Assembly (NCBI GenBank): GCA_964501355.1
Contig: CAZCSM010000003.1
Span: forward strand, 1,660-65,659
Direction of reading: 5' to 3'
Source of the DNA: an uncultured Candidatus Saccharibacteria bacterium
GTDB taxonomy: Bacteria; Patescibacteriota; Dojkabacteria; CAZCSM01
Length of the DNA: 64,000 nucleotides
Shown: one piece after another, positions 21,026-29,375 of the stretch
How positions within the stretch are numbered: position 1 is the first letter of the stretch
How the letters are laid out: every line of letters begins with the position of its first letter
Notes under the pieces: generated by a model
Database searches by the model: none
What the model was told of the DNA's origin: nothing
The model's input: the letters and a program-made list of their open reading frames with translations, nothing else
Made by a program: the position numbers and the translations under genes

Positions 21026-21274
21026 ATCGTATGGATTGTACTATAAAAGGGTAATAGAATAAAGAATAAAGAATAAAGAAGAAAGAATGAGGAATCTAGC
21101 GAAGCGGGAAACGAATCTAGAATTTGGAATCTAGAATCTAGCAAGAAACGGGTCAATATTTGAATGGATAAATAAAGGTGTTCTCTCTCATTTAAGTAGA
21201 GAGGACCAACATTGTCCCAGGATTGTAACGATTTTGTTCAAATTGGCACAATGTGGCTCTACGTAGTACAATTT

Positions 21275-21898
21275 TTATTTCGCGAAAATATCGGCCCTTA
21301 TACTGAAATATGAAGGCTCTTGCAAGTCTTTGCTAATGAATACTCCAATTGTTAGCCATTCGTTTGGCTGTAAAGTTATAGCGGGTTCAAATCCCGATTT
21401 TTTTACAATATCCGAAAGGGTAAATGCTGTATCGTCAATTTTTAACTTGAGATTTTCTAATTGTTCATCTTTAAAATAATCGGTAACATGTATGACAATT
21501 GTTTCGCTTCTATCGGAAGTGTTAACGATTCGAAGTAAATCTTCATTTCTATCTTGAGTTGAATCTTTGTAAGCTCTAATGGTCATTTCATAAGAATCAT
21601 TTTCTTTTTTTGCTTCTTCAATGACTATACTTTCCAAGGTTGTTGGGAGAAGTTCGGTTTTGTAAGAAATGACTTCATCATCAACTGTCGTTTGAACACC
21701 GAGAACATCCTTTTTCGCAAGGGATAACGTTTTCACAGAAGGTGTTCTGGTAGTTGGACTAAATCCTCCAAATACGAGAACTGGAATAGCTAGAAGTGCG
21801 ACGAAAGATGCTACTAGTAATGTTTCTGCGATTGTGTTGGCAATGTTTTTCATTAAAATCTTTTGCAAATTAATTTTGCTTTTTTCCAGTATAGTCAA
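21275..21898 (-). CDS. Hypothetical membrane-anchored protein
   Basis: N-terminal TM helix. It overlaps the upstream ORF at 21870-21898. Confidence 0.5.
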   Translation of the reverse strand: MTILEKSKINLQKILMKNIANTIAETLLVASFVALLAIPVLVFGGFSPTTRTPSVKTLSLAKKDVLGVQTTVDDEVISYKTELLPTTLESIVIEEAKKENDSYEMTIRAYKDSTQDRNEDLLRIVNTSDRSETIVIHVTDYFKDEQLENLKLKIDDTAFTLSDIVKKSGFEPAITLQPNEWLTIGVFISKDLQEPSYFSIRADIFAK

Positions 21899-22406
21899 TT
21901 TCTAGATTCTTCACCAGTACAAGTGTAGAAATTATTCCAAACCCGACTGCAATTATCGCCGTCCAAATATGTGATTCTGCTTTCGCGGCATTTACAGTTG
22001 TTAGAATAATAGCTAACCAGAGAAATGCGAGCCATACGATTGCTTTTGTGTAAATTGATAAAGAAGATTCAATCGAAGATAATCTGTCTTTATCAGCAAT
22101 TTGAATTAACTTTTGTGGCGTAATTCTCGAATCCTGAAAATGATTTAATTTATATAAAACATAATTAAAACCAATAACTGGAACAATTAGCATTAATAAA
22201 TTTGAAAAAGTGTTTACCGTTAGCAAATCATTTAATGATTGAAATGTTATTTCATAAGGAATTATCTTTCCATTTTCGACTTGGTTTATTTCATATTTCA
22301 GTCCAAATAGGATTACCGCAAGAACCATACCACCAACTTTCGAAAGTACCAAAGCAAGAGACGGTATTATTGATTCATCAACAAGTTTTATTAATGTTTT
22401 CGACAT
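21870..22406 (-). CDS. Hypothetical integral membrane protein
   Basis: Four or five predicted TM helices. Confidence 0.5.
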   Translation of the reverse strand: MSKTLIKLVDESIIPSLALVLSKVGGMVLAVILFGLKYEINQVENGKIIPYEITFQSLNDLLTVNTFSNLLMLIVPVIGFNYVLYKLNHFQDSRITPQKLIQIADKDRLSSIESSLSIYTKAIVWLAFLWLAIILTTVNAAKAESHIWTAIIAVGFGIISTLVLVKNLEIDYTGKKQN

Positions 22407-22461
22407 GAGACTTGGCAGATTTATTACATCTTTAGAATAGAGAATAATTGGGGAAGAGTAA

Positions 22462-22624
22462 AGGGGAATTCAAAATGCAAATATTTCGATAAACTCAGCA
22501 CAAGTCTCAAAAATCAAATCAAAAATAAAAATATAATTCAGTATAAAGGATGTATCAAAGTAGTTGCAAAATAGATAAAAATGGTTACAAAGTTGTTAAA
22601 ACATTGTTCAAACGTAGATAAAAC
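22462..22624 (+). repeat. Direct repeat copy A (~160 bp), upstream boundary of the DGR island
   Basis: AGGGGAATTCAAAATGCAAA...AAAAATAAAAATATAATTCAGTATAAAG..TCAAAGTAGTTGCAAAATAGATA.AAATGGTTACAAAGTTGTTAAAACATTGTTCAAACGT.GATAAAA is nearly identical to 27046-27194. Confidence 0.85.
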
Positions 22625-22927
22625 GCCCTGTTTCTCCTCCTTTTTTACCCACGCCTTGGCGGGGCAAGCAAGGAGGGGTGATTCCGAAGGAATCGGGGTG
22701 GTTGAGGGAAGTGCAATAGGGTTCCAAAACCTTTCTGCGAAAAGATAGTTTGATAAACTCATCACAGGTTTAGGAACCATCGGTAGTTTTTAATTTGGAA
22801 TTTTGGTAATTGTAATTTGTTTGGAAATTGAGATTTGGAAATTGGTGCTTAAATGTTGTGCCAGTCACTCACTTTCGGGTGACGGTTTACAATCAGAACG
22901 CTAAATGAACATAAGTTGTCATTGCGA

Positions 22928-23016
22928 GGAGTGTAACGACGAAGCAATCTCTTGAAAATGGGATTGCCACGCTCGCCCCGCCTTGGCGGGACAAGCTCGC
23001 AATGACAAAACACACT
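22928..23016. mobile_element. MITE-like palindromic element with 11-bp terminal inverted repeats GTCATTGCGAG / CTCGCAATGAC
   Basis: Perfect 11-bp TIRs enclose GC-rich hairpins. The internal sequence recurs at 46286-46310 (ATTGCGAGGAtTGTgACGAtGAAG) and 19081-19110 (CACGCT.GCCCCGC..GCGGGACAAGCT). Confidence 0.6.
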
Positions 23017-23101
23017 CATTGAACAGCCCTACTTCTTCTTGACTTCACTCCACACTTTACGTATTCTGAATATGTAGAATTCTATATTACACAAATCCAT
23101 C

Positions 23102-24031
23102 ATGAAAATTCAGAAACGTGATATTTTAATCTTTTCTATCGGTGTGCTCATTACCTTAGCATTTTCTCCATTCTTCAAATCTCTCGTTTCCGCGGAGCAA
23201 TCCGGCACTACTCCAAATAGCGGAGCAACATCATACATCAAACAACTTTACGATTCGCTGGTATCACTAGGCAATGGTTCTGATTCATCGGGATCATGGG
23301 GAGATTGGGGAGGGATGTGGAATAGGATTCGCTCATCTTCGGAATGGGTGCCAAGCGGAGATGCAACTGCGGGAGATGTGGTGGCGGGGAAGATGTTTTA
23401 TGGCAATTCAAGAACGCAGATGATTGGGACTGGTCCAGAACCGATAGATTTTTCACTTTTTCAGTACAGTGCCAGAGACGATTACGCAGGTGCATACTAT
23501 ACAGGACTTGGACCTGAAGACTATCAGGGCGAGGAAGCGGAATGGACAGATCATAGTGTTGATGCTGATGTGGTCTGGAAAGATGAACGGGCAGGTATGT
23601 ACTGGACCGCTGACAGAGGAATTCTGACTGCGAATAATTTCACAATGGCAACCTGTCAATTTTTCACATCAGAGCCTAGATCGAGTTATGACGGGAGCGA
23701 CTTGACATGTGGGGGGACAGCAGAAGAACCTCATGCGATAAACTACTGTGCTACACTAGATTATGGAGGAAGAACCGACTGGTATCTACCATCTCAGAAG
23801 GAGCTAATGATGGCATACATAGATGGTATGTACAATCAGGCAGGAGCTACACCAGCAGAAGCAGCAGCATTTACGTATGGCACTTCAGGAGGTGGTGGTT
23901 ATCGGTTCTGGTCGTCTTCCGAGGTGTCTAACAATCCAACAAACGCTTGGACCGTAAACATGAGCATCGGCAACACGAACTACACCATTAAGACGAATGC
24001 GCTCGCCGTTAGGTGTGTAGCGAGGGACTGA
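23102..24031 (+). CDS. DGR target protein: a secreted/membrane-anchored DUF1566 (Lcl-like C-type-lectin fold) protein with a C-terminal variable region
   Basis: N-terminal signal/TM segment. 'CATLDYGGRTDWYLPSQKEL' is the DUF1566 hallmark. The C-terminus '...YRFWSSSEVSNNPTNAWTVNMSIGNTNYTIKTNALAVRCVARD' is the VR, matched by the TR at 24361-24483. Confidence 0.85.
   Translation: MKIQKRDILIFSIGVLITLAFSPFFKSLVSAEQSGTTPNSGATSYIKQLYDSLVSLGNGSDSSGSWGDWGGMWNRIRSSSEWVPSGDATAGDVVAGKMFYGNSRTQMIGTGPEPIDFSLFQYSARDDYAGAYYTGLGPEDYQGEEAEWTDHSVDADVVWKDERAGMYWTADRGILTANNFTMATCQFFTSEPRSSYDGSDLTCGGTAEEPHAINYCATLDYGGRTDWYLPSQKELMMAYIDGMYNQAGATPAEAAAFTYGTSGGGGYRFWSSSEVSNNPTNAWTVNMSIGNTNYTIKTNALAVRCVARD
23906..24028 (+). 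other. DGR variable region (VR)
   Basis: 123 bp aligning with the TR. The 5' 45 bp are identical. The 3' part shows 11 substitutions, 10 of them at TR adenines (AAC->ACC/AGC/ATC/TAC/CTC, AAT->ATT, ACA->ACG, GCA->GCG). It ends GTTAGGTGTGTAGCGAGGGAC. Confidence 0.85.
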
Positions 24032-24065
24032 TGATTAGAATTTAATAATTTCTTATTTAAAATTT

Positions 24066-24091
24066 ATCATCCGATCTTTAGATCGGATGAT
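24066..24091 (+). promoter_or_regulatory. Perfect stem-loop 38 bp downstream of the VR (ATCATCCGATC-TTTA-GATCGGATGAT)
   Basis: 11-bp perfect stem with a 4-nt loop. Its position matches the DNA hairpin/cruciform that enhances homing in characterised DGRs. Confidence 0.6.
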
Positions 24092-24360
24092 TTGCGACAA
24101 AAAACTACTATATTGAAAAAACTAGTAAAGTGGTGTAGATTATTGTCGCGTGGATTCTATAGTTACAACTTCATCGTAAGCTCTGAGCTATAGGGAAGGC
24201 CCGATTTTCAGTCCGTTCCACTGCACCTGATTTTTTCAGGTATTATTATTCAGTGAGACTTTTTCGCTGAAATGCGAATCAGTCTTATGGTGGATTCTGT
24301 GTTAGACAAGATTCTAATGTCTTGTCTTGCAGAATAAAGTCAGTGGGAAATAGCGTTGTG

Positions 24361-24483
24361 TTCTGGTCGTCTTCCGAGGTGTCTAACAATCCAACAAACG
24401 CTTGGAACGTAAACTTGAACAACGGCAACACGAACAACAACAATAAGACAAATGCAAACGCCGTTAGGTGTGTAGCGAGGGAC
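24361..24483 (+). other. DGR template repeat (TR), adenine-rich (AAC-codon rich)
   Basis: TTCTGGTCGTCTTCCGAGGTGTCTAACAATCCAACAAACGCTTGGAACGTAAACTTGAACAACGGCAACACGAACAACAACAATAAGACAAATGCAAACGCCGTTAGGTGTGTAGCGAGGGAC, in the same orientation as the VR (plus strand). Confidence 0.85.
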
Positions 24484-24497
24484 TTATCATCGGGCTT

Positions 24498-24857
24498 TTA
24501 CGCAGTCTGGTTCTCCGACCACTTGATCCATCCGTTAAGCATTTTAGCGATTTCCTCATTTTGGGATATTATGTAAGCATACTGTTGGGAAGCGATAAGT
24601 TTCAACTCATGTGCCATACGCAGTCGTGATTTCAACCTGTCAAACGAAGCAGAAGCTTGACGAATAATTCCAGCCTTTTGAGTGTTTTGGCGAGTATTCG
24701 TAGCAATTATTTTATCAAGAGTTTCCCATGCACAGTCAATTATTGATTGACCAAGCGTGTACTTATATTCTTTTTTGAAATTCCTGACAAGTAGATACAA
24801 ATATTTCAAAAGTTTGTATGTGGCTACATACAGAGGAAGTTCGTCTAATTTGCTCAT
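24498..24857 (-). CDS. avd: DGR accessory variability determinant (Avd)
   Basis: 119-aa basic helical protein immediately downstream of and 4-bp overlapping the RT. Size and position are typical of Avd. Its 3' end abuts the TR. Confidence 0.75.
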   Translation of the reverse strand: MSKLDELPLYVATYKLLKYLYLLVRNFKKEYKYTLGQSIIDCAWETLDKIIATNTRQNTQKAGIIRQASASFDRLKSRLRMAHELKLIASQQYAYIISQNEEIAKMLNGWIKWSENQTA

Positions 24858-26056
24858 TTTTGTTTTGCAACTAAAGTAAAATATGAATAATTGTCATCAA
24901 TTGGCACTAAGTACTCTTTCAAAGTTCCAAAATGATTTTCATACAGATCTCTACGAAGATTGAAGCAGTTCGCATGTTTAAAATGTCCGTAGTACGAATT
25001 AACCATAGCTAGCATCTTTCTTAACTCTTGCTTTGTTGGGGGTGTAGACAACGGTAATACCATCTGTTTTTGATTTTGCGAAACAAGCAGTTTCCCCTGA
25101 TTGAAGTAATGAAGCTTCGTTTTGAGATTTTGCACCACACGTTTTCTTGCCAGAGTATATTTAGGCTTAACTATATAACCAATAAAATCTATTCCTGAAT
25201 AAACTGAATTGTATTTATCCTTATTTGGGTGAAGTATCAATTGTAAATTTTTCTGTAGAAAAGTGTTTATCTTTTTCCTCCACTGTTTTATCTTATTCAT
25301 ATCATTTGAAATAACGACAAAATCATCAACATACCGTATGTAGTGCTTGATTTTCAACTCACGTTTTACGTACTGATCAAGCTCATTCAAGTATACGTTA
25401 GCAAAAAATTGTGATGTTAAATTTCCTATTGGAAGTCCTTTGTCTTTCCCAGCTTTAAAAAGCGTTTTGTGAGGCGGTATCTGTTTTAGAAGAGATCTAT
25501 CACCTTTGAAGAAAAAATTATCGGTAGGATTATGGTTAAGAATAATTTCTGTGAGCCAGATCAGGTCATCCTTTCTATGTTTTGGAAAATGATTTTCTAT
25601 CTCACTGATGATGATTTCTTTTAGAATATTTTTATCAATCGAAGTAAAAAAGCTTCTGACATCAAACTGCCCATAAAACGCTTTTTTGCTGTAATTTCCT
25701 GTTACGGATCGAATAGCTTTCTTGAGACAGGTTATGGCAGTCAGAAGCCCTTTGTTTTTCCTGCATGCAAAAGAAGAATAGATGAACCGTTTTTCAAAAT
25801 GAGGCTCAAGGTGTGATACAAGCAGATGATGGATAATCCTATCTCTAAAATCGGCGGCAAACACCTCTCTGATCTTCGGATATGTAACCACAAAACAGAT
25901 AGACTTGCCAGGTCTGTACGTTCTGTTTTTCAGTTCTTCAAAAAGCTTCAGGATACTGGATTCAAAATTCATCTCAAACTTAAGAGAGTTAATGGTATTT
26001 CGTTTGTTCTTTCTGCAGGAAAGGTAAGCTTTTAATAAATCTTTTAGTGTAAACAT
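24854..26056 (-). CDS. DGR reverse transcriptase
   Basis: RT motifs 'PKIREVFAADFRDRIIHHLL' and 'YVDDFVV' (YxDD). The DGR-specific 'LPIGNLTSQFFANVYLNELD' (I/LGxxxSQ) replaces the QGxxxSP of other RTs. Confidence 0.9.
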   Translation of the reverse strand: MFTLKDLLKAYLSCRKNKRNTINSLKFEMNFESSILKLFEELKNRTYRPGKSICFVVTYPKIREVFAADFRDRIIHHLLVSHLEPHFEKRFIYSSFACRKNKGLLTAITCLKKAIRSVTGNYSKKAFYGQFDVRSFFTSIDKNILKEIIISEIENHFPKHRKDDLIWLTEIILNHNPTDNFFFKGDRSLLKQIPPHKTLFKAGKDKGLPIGNLTSQFFANVYLNELDQYVKRELKIKHYIRYVDDFVVISNDMNKIKQWRKKINTFLQKNLQLILHPNKDKYNSVYSGIDFIGYIVKPKYTLARKRVVQNLKTKLHYFNQGKLLVSQNQKQMVLPLSTPPTKQELRKMLAMVNSYYGHFKHANCFNLRRDLYENHFGTLKEYLVPIDDNYSYFTLVAKQK

Positions 26057-26122
26057 ATGAAAAGATAAGAAAGATGTTTAAAAATCTCTTCAATTATTGT
26101 ACTATGGTATTATAATAATTAA

Positions 26123-27001
26123 TTGATTATGAAAAACATGCTCAAAATACGAATTATTGTAACCCTTCTTCCTCTTTTGTTAGCGACATTTATAGTTCCA
26201 AGTGCAACTTTTGCTGCTTCGGTTTCTCTCAAAGGTACAGCTGAAGTTGTGAATACTGGCAATTCACTATTATTCGAATCGAATAACAGTGCTGTTACTG
26301 TTGATACTGAAACTGGTAATTTATCAGGATTTGTTTGGTCGGAAGATTTGGGTTGGATTGATTTTGATAATAATAGCGGTGCTAATTCTGCAAAGATTAA
26401 TCTGGAAACAGGTGTAGTTTCAGGCCTTGCTTATGTAGTTAACACTGCTTCCATTGTTGATTTTACAAATTTCAATAGCAATGTCATTGTTAATTTAGAA
26501 ACTGGTGTTTTCACTGGCTTTGCATGGTCAGTCGAGCTTGGGTGGATTGATTTTTCAACTGTAAATACAGGTGGAGTGAAATTGGTGCTTGATGAAAACT
26601 TTGTAAATATAACAACGATCGATTCTGAAACTGCACCGGTAGATGGTGTGTGGAAAGTGACTAATAAAAAACCAGTACTTTCAGGAATAACTGCACCAAA
26701 TGCTGTAGTGACTATAACTTTAACGAGAGACGGAACATCAGTTGATGTAGAGGTTATTGCTGATGCTGAAGGTAAATGGAGTTGGACTCCAACAAGTGAT
26801 TTGGTGCTTGGCGCTTATACTGTGAGAATCGTGTCAGAAAATGCAGATGGCGTAATTTCCGAGACTACATTTACTTTAAATATAATGATTTCTGATTTAG
26901 CAAGCTCTGGACTTAGTAATCCGTATGTGATGATTGTTCTAACGATTGTTGGAGTCTTGGTTGTGGTTTTTTCGGCTAAGAAGAAGGTCGTAACAATGTA
27001 G
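26123..27001 (+). CDS. Secreted surface protein with a signal peptide and a C-terminal TM anchor, inside the DGR island
   Basis: Signal peptide 'LLPLLLATFIVPSATFAAS'. It has repeated 'TG..SG..WSE.LGWIDF' motifs and C-terminal 'VMIVLTIVGVLVVVFSAKKK'. Confidence 0.6.
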   Translation: MIMKNMLKIRIIVTLLPLLLATFIVPSATFAASVSLKGTAEVVNTGNSLLFESNNSAVTVDTETGNLSGFVWSEDLGWIDFDNNSGANSAKINLETGVVSGLAYVVNTASIVDFTNFNSNVIVNLETGVFTGFAWSVELGWIDFSTVNTGGVKLVLDENFVNITTIDSETAPVDGVWKVTNKKPVLSGITAPNAVVTITLTRDGTSVDVEVIADAEGKWSWTPTSDLVLGAYTVRIVSENADGVISETTFTLNIMISDLASSGLSNPYVMIVLTIVGVLVVVFSAKKKVVTM

Positions 27002-27045
27002 ATGCAATGTTGAATCAATGTGGTAGCAATGTTGAAGAATCGTAG

Positions 27046-27194
27046 AGGGGAATTCAAAATGCAAAAATCAAAAATCAAAATAACAAATCAAAAATAAAAA
27101 TATAATTCAGTATAAAGAACGTTTCAAAGTAGTTGCAAAATAGATACAAAATGGTTACAAAGTTGTTAAAACATTGTTCAAACGTGGATAAAAG
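27046..27194 (+). repeat. Direct repeat copy B, downstream boundary of the DGR island
   Basis: See copy A. It is followed by a dense array of GC-rich hairpins at 27200-27410 (CCTTCC-TAATAA-GGAAGG, CCCCTTCTTTTTAGAGGGG, GTCAC-TTC-GTGAC, CCTTCC-TTTTTA-GGAAGG). Confidence 0.85.
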
Positions 27195-27379
27195 GTAGAA
27201 TAATCCTTCCTAATAAGGAAGGTGGGCTTTGCGAAGCAAAGGTCGGAAGGTGTAAACAATTAAACACACCCCGGCTTCACTTTGTTCAGTCCCCCTTCTT
27301 TTTAGAGGGGATCTGACGGAAGGCGTTGTAGAGGATACCTTCTGTCACTTCGTGACACCTTCCTTTTTAGGAAGGAAGA

Positions 27380-27407
27380 ACAAAAAAGGTCCAGACATGT
27401 CTGGACC
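27380..27407 (-). terminator. rpsT terminator: a perfect 20-bp palindrome GGTCCAGACATGTCTGGACC followed by a U-run on the minus strand
   Basis: On the minus strand the hairpin is followed by TTTTTTGTTCTTCC, 24 nt after the rpsT stop. Confidence 0.75.
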
Positions 27408-27430
27408 CTACGAGTTCTGAAAATTCCTAC

Positions 27431-27694
27431 TTATTTTGCAATAGAGTTTACTTTCTTTGCCATTCTAGATTTTAGTCTAGCGGCTGTGTTTGGGTGCATA
27501 AATCTTCTTGCTGCTTTATCAAGAGCTTTTGTTGCTTCTTGAAGTTTGGTTGTAGCTGTTTTTGCATCTTTTTCTACAACGGCTTTATTCGTTTCTTTAA
27601 CCAATCTCTTCGTTTTTACTCGAATCTTTTTGTTAATTTCAGCTTTTCTTCCTTGTACTCTGATTGCTTTTTTTGCGTTTGCTAAATTTGCCAC
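27431..27694 (-). CDS. rpsT: 30S ribosomal protein S20
   Basis: 'ANLANAKKAIRVQGRKAEINKKIRVKTK...ARRFMHPNTAARLKSRMAKKVN' matches S20 ('ANIKSAKKR...HKNKAAR'). The likely GTG start is at 27694. The longer 137-aa ORF call carries a non-S20 N-terminal extension. Confidence 0.8.
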   Translation of the reverse strand: MANLANAKKAIRVQGRKAEINKKIRVKTKRLVKETNKAVVEKDAKTATTKLQEATKALDKAARRFMHPNTAARLKSRMAKKVNSIAK

Positions 27695-28089
27695 GTTCTT
27701 AAAATTTTTAATAATTATTGTATATTTACCTTTGCGTTTTGATTGGGTCTGAGCTTCCAATCGATATGAATAGTACCAATAAATAGGTGGTAAGTCAATT
27801 ATTAATTGGGCAATATAGTAAATCATTTTAAGTAGTTTTTCCATAAATTTGTGAAAATCTCAAATTTAAAATTACAAATTTCAAATAAATTACAAATTCA
27901 AAAAATAAAATCACAAGCTATTATATATTTGTTATTTTTGTAAAAAACGTCACTTGATATAGTTTTAAATTTGAGTTTTTGGTAATTGAGGGTTGTTTGG
28001 AAATTGGTGCTTGGGATTTGGAAATTAAAGGCTGTTTCTACAGCCGCATCTGTAGTATAATTTCGATACTTCAATTTAGATTTGTAATA

Positions 28090-28497
28090 ATGTTAATTAC
28101 ACACAGTTTATATACAGATGGCGGTTCTCGTGGAAATCCGGGTCCTGCAGCTTATGGTTGTGCACTTTACGATGAGGCTGGAATTTTAGTTGATATTGAT
28201 GCGGCGTTTTTGGGAAATAAGACAAATAATTATGCGGAATATCAAGGACTTATTTGTGGATTGAAACTTGCACAGAGATCCGGTGTAACTGATATTGTCT
28301 GTTATTTAGATAGTGAACTGATTGTTAAACAGGTTAATGGTGAGTACAAAGTTAAACATGAAAATATTAAGCCTTTGTACAAGGAGTTAATGGAACTTGT
28401 TGAAACATTTGATTCTTTTTCTTTCTCTCATGTTTATAGAGAAAAGAATAAAGTTGCGGATAAATTGGTGAATTTGATTTTAGATGCGGTGAAATGA
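28090..28497 (+). CDS. rnhA: Ribonuclease H (RNase HI-like)
   Basis: 'YTDGGSRGNPGPAAYG', 'NNYAEYQGLI', 'DSELIVKQVNGEY' and 'REKNKVADKLVN' give the RNase H catalytic DEDD arrangement. The start is taken at the internal ATG 28090; the ORF-track start at 27979 lies in repeat DNA. Confidence 0.8.
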   Translation: MLITHSLYTDGGSRGNPGPAAYGCALYDEAGILVDIDAAFLGNKTNNYAEYQGLICGLKLAQRSGVTDIVCYLDSELIVKQVNGEYKVKHENIKPLYKELMELVETFDSFSFSHVYREKNKVADKLVNLILDAVK

Positions 28498-28626
28498 TTA
28501 AAATCAAAATTCAAAAATCAAATCTCAAAATGACAAATCAAAATGTAAAATGACTTTACACGAGATATGATTTTTTGTCTGAGATTTGTTAAGGAAATTG
28601 CGTTGATTTTATTGAAAATGAAGCAC

Positions 28627-28676
28627 GGAAAAGTGAAATCCTGAAACAACTCAGGACTTTCGCTAGTGTCTTTTTT
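28627..28676 (+). repeat. Mini-copy (R5) of the CTGAAACAAC structured element family, lacking the internal domain
   Basis: GGAAAAGTGAAATCCTGAAACAAC-TCAGGACTTTCGCTAGTGTCTTTTTT compared with the full-copy core CCAAAAGTGCTGAAACAAC...GTTGTTTCAGACTTCGACGACTG. Confidence 0.5.
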
Positions 28677-28715
28677 AATTTTTAACTTTTAATTTTTATT
28701 TTTTAACTTATTTTT

Positions 28716-29372
28716 ATGGAACTAAAAGAATTTCTCGAAGTTTTGAAAAAGAACTGGATGTTAATTTCCGCGGTTACAGTTTTTTGCGTTATTGCAACAG
28801 CTGTTATTACAAATGTTATTCCTTCTAAATATATTTCATCAATTGATGTTTATGTTTCTAGAAAATCAGAAAAGGAGACTGATCAATATTATTCATACGA
28901 TGGTTATTATTCTACTCAATCAAGCGTTCAGTATGCAAATACAGTTTCTGGTCTTTTCCAAAGTCTACAGATAGTAAGAGATGCTGCGGTTGAAGTTCAA
29001 AAAAGTAATTTATATGAAAAATTGGAGAATGAGCCAAATGTGTTATCGGAAGATGTTGACTTTCTGCGAGGTGTTTCAAAGAAAATTACGGTTGAAGATA
29101 TTGCTCCGCAAGTCATCACGGTTAGTTTTAAACATGAGGATATGGTTAAATCAGAACTTTGGGTTACAAGTTTAGGGAAAGTTGTTCAGGATAAAGTAAC
29201 CGAGCTTAACTTAGATTCCGATGGAAAGTTTCAAGTTGATATTTCAGCCAATCCTTTGGTTGAAGAGGTCACACCTAGCCTTGTTATTAATATTGTAGTA
29301 AGCTTGATGGCGGGTCTTTTAATCGGGACTCTGTGGGCTTTTGCAAGGGTATATTTTAAAAATGAGAAGTAG
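28716..29372 (+). CDS. Polysaccharide chain-length determinant (Wzz/CpsC-like) protein
   Basis: N-terminal TM, extracytoplasmic domain and C-terminal TM 'LVINIVVSLMAGLLIGTLWAF'. It sits next to an LCP gene. Confidence 0.55.
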   Translation: MELKEFLEVLKKNWMLISAVTVFCVIATAVITNVIPSKYISSIDVYVSRKSEKETDQYYSYDGYYSTQSSVQYANTVSGLFQSLQIVRDAAVEVQKSNLYEKLENEPNVLSEDVDFLRGVSKKITVEDIAPQVITVSFKHEDMVKSELWVTSLGKVVQDKVTELNLDSDGKFQVDISANPLVEEVTPSLVINIVVSLMAGLLIGTLWAFARVYFKNEK

Positions 29373-29375
29373 GTC

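Noticed and set aside
22538-22780. 80-aa minus-strand ORF; a 62-aa ORF at 54443-54631 shares the peptide 'TTPIPSESPLL'
   Set aside because: Both are read-throughs of the same palindromic GC-rich repeat element (one intergenic, one inside argS on the opposite strand). They are not real genes.
22625-22790. Tested the GC-rich structured stretches after repeat copies A and B (and 27195-27410) against the tmRNA, SRP RNA and 6S RNA consensus features
   Set aside because: No tRNA-like ends with a CCA terminus (tmRNA), no GGAAGCAGCC domain IV motif (SRP), and no long central-bubble hairpin (6S) are present. They are better explained as arrays of short palindromic repeats.
24322-24576. 84-aa plus-strand ORF with the C-terminus '...NAWNVNLNNGNTNNNNKTNANAVRCVARD'
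   Set aside because: This is the DGR template repeat read in the VR frame. It has no start context and its Asn-rich coding is an artefact of the adenine-rich TR. It is not a second target gene.
27695-27844. N-terminal 50 codons of the 137-aa ORF containing rpsT
   Set aside because: Only the C-terminal 88 aa match ribosomal protein S20. The upstream part is AT-rich promoter/repeat DNA. The GTG at 27694 gives a canonical S20 N-terminus (ANLANAKK).
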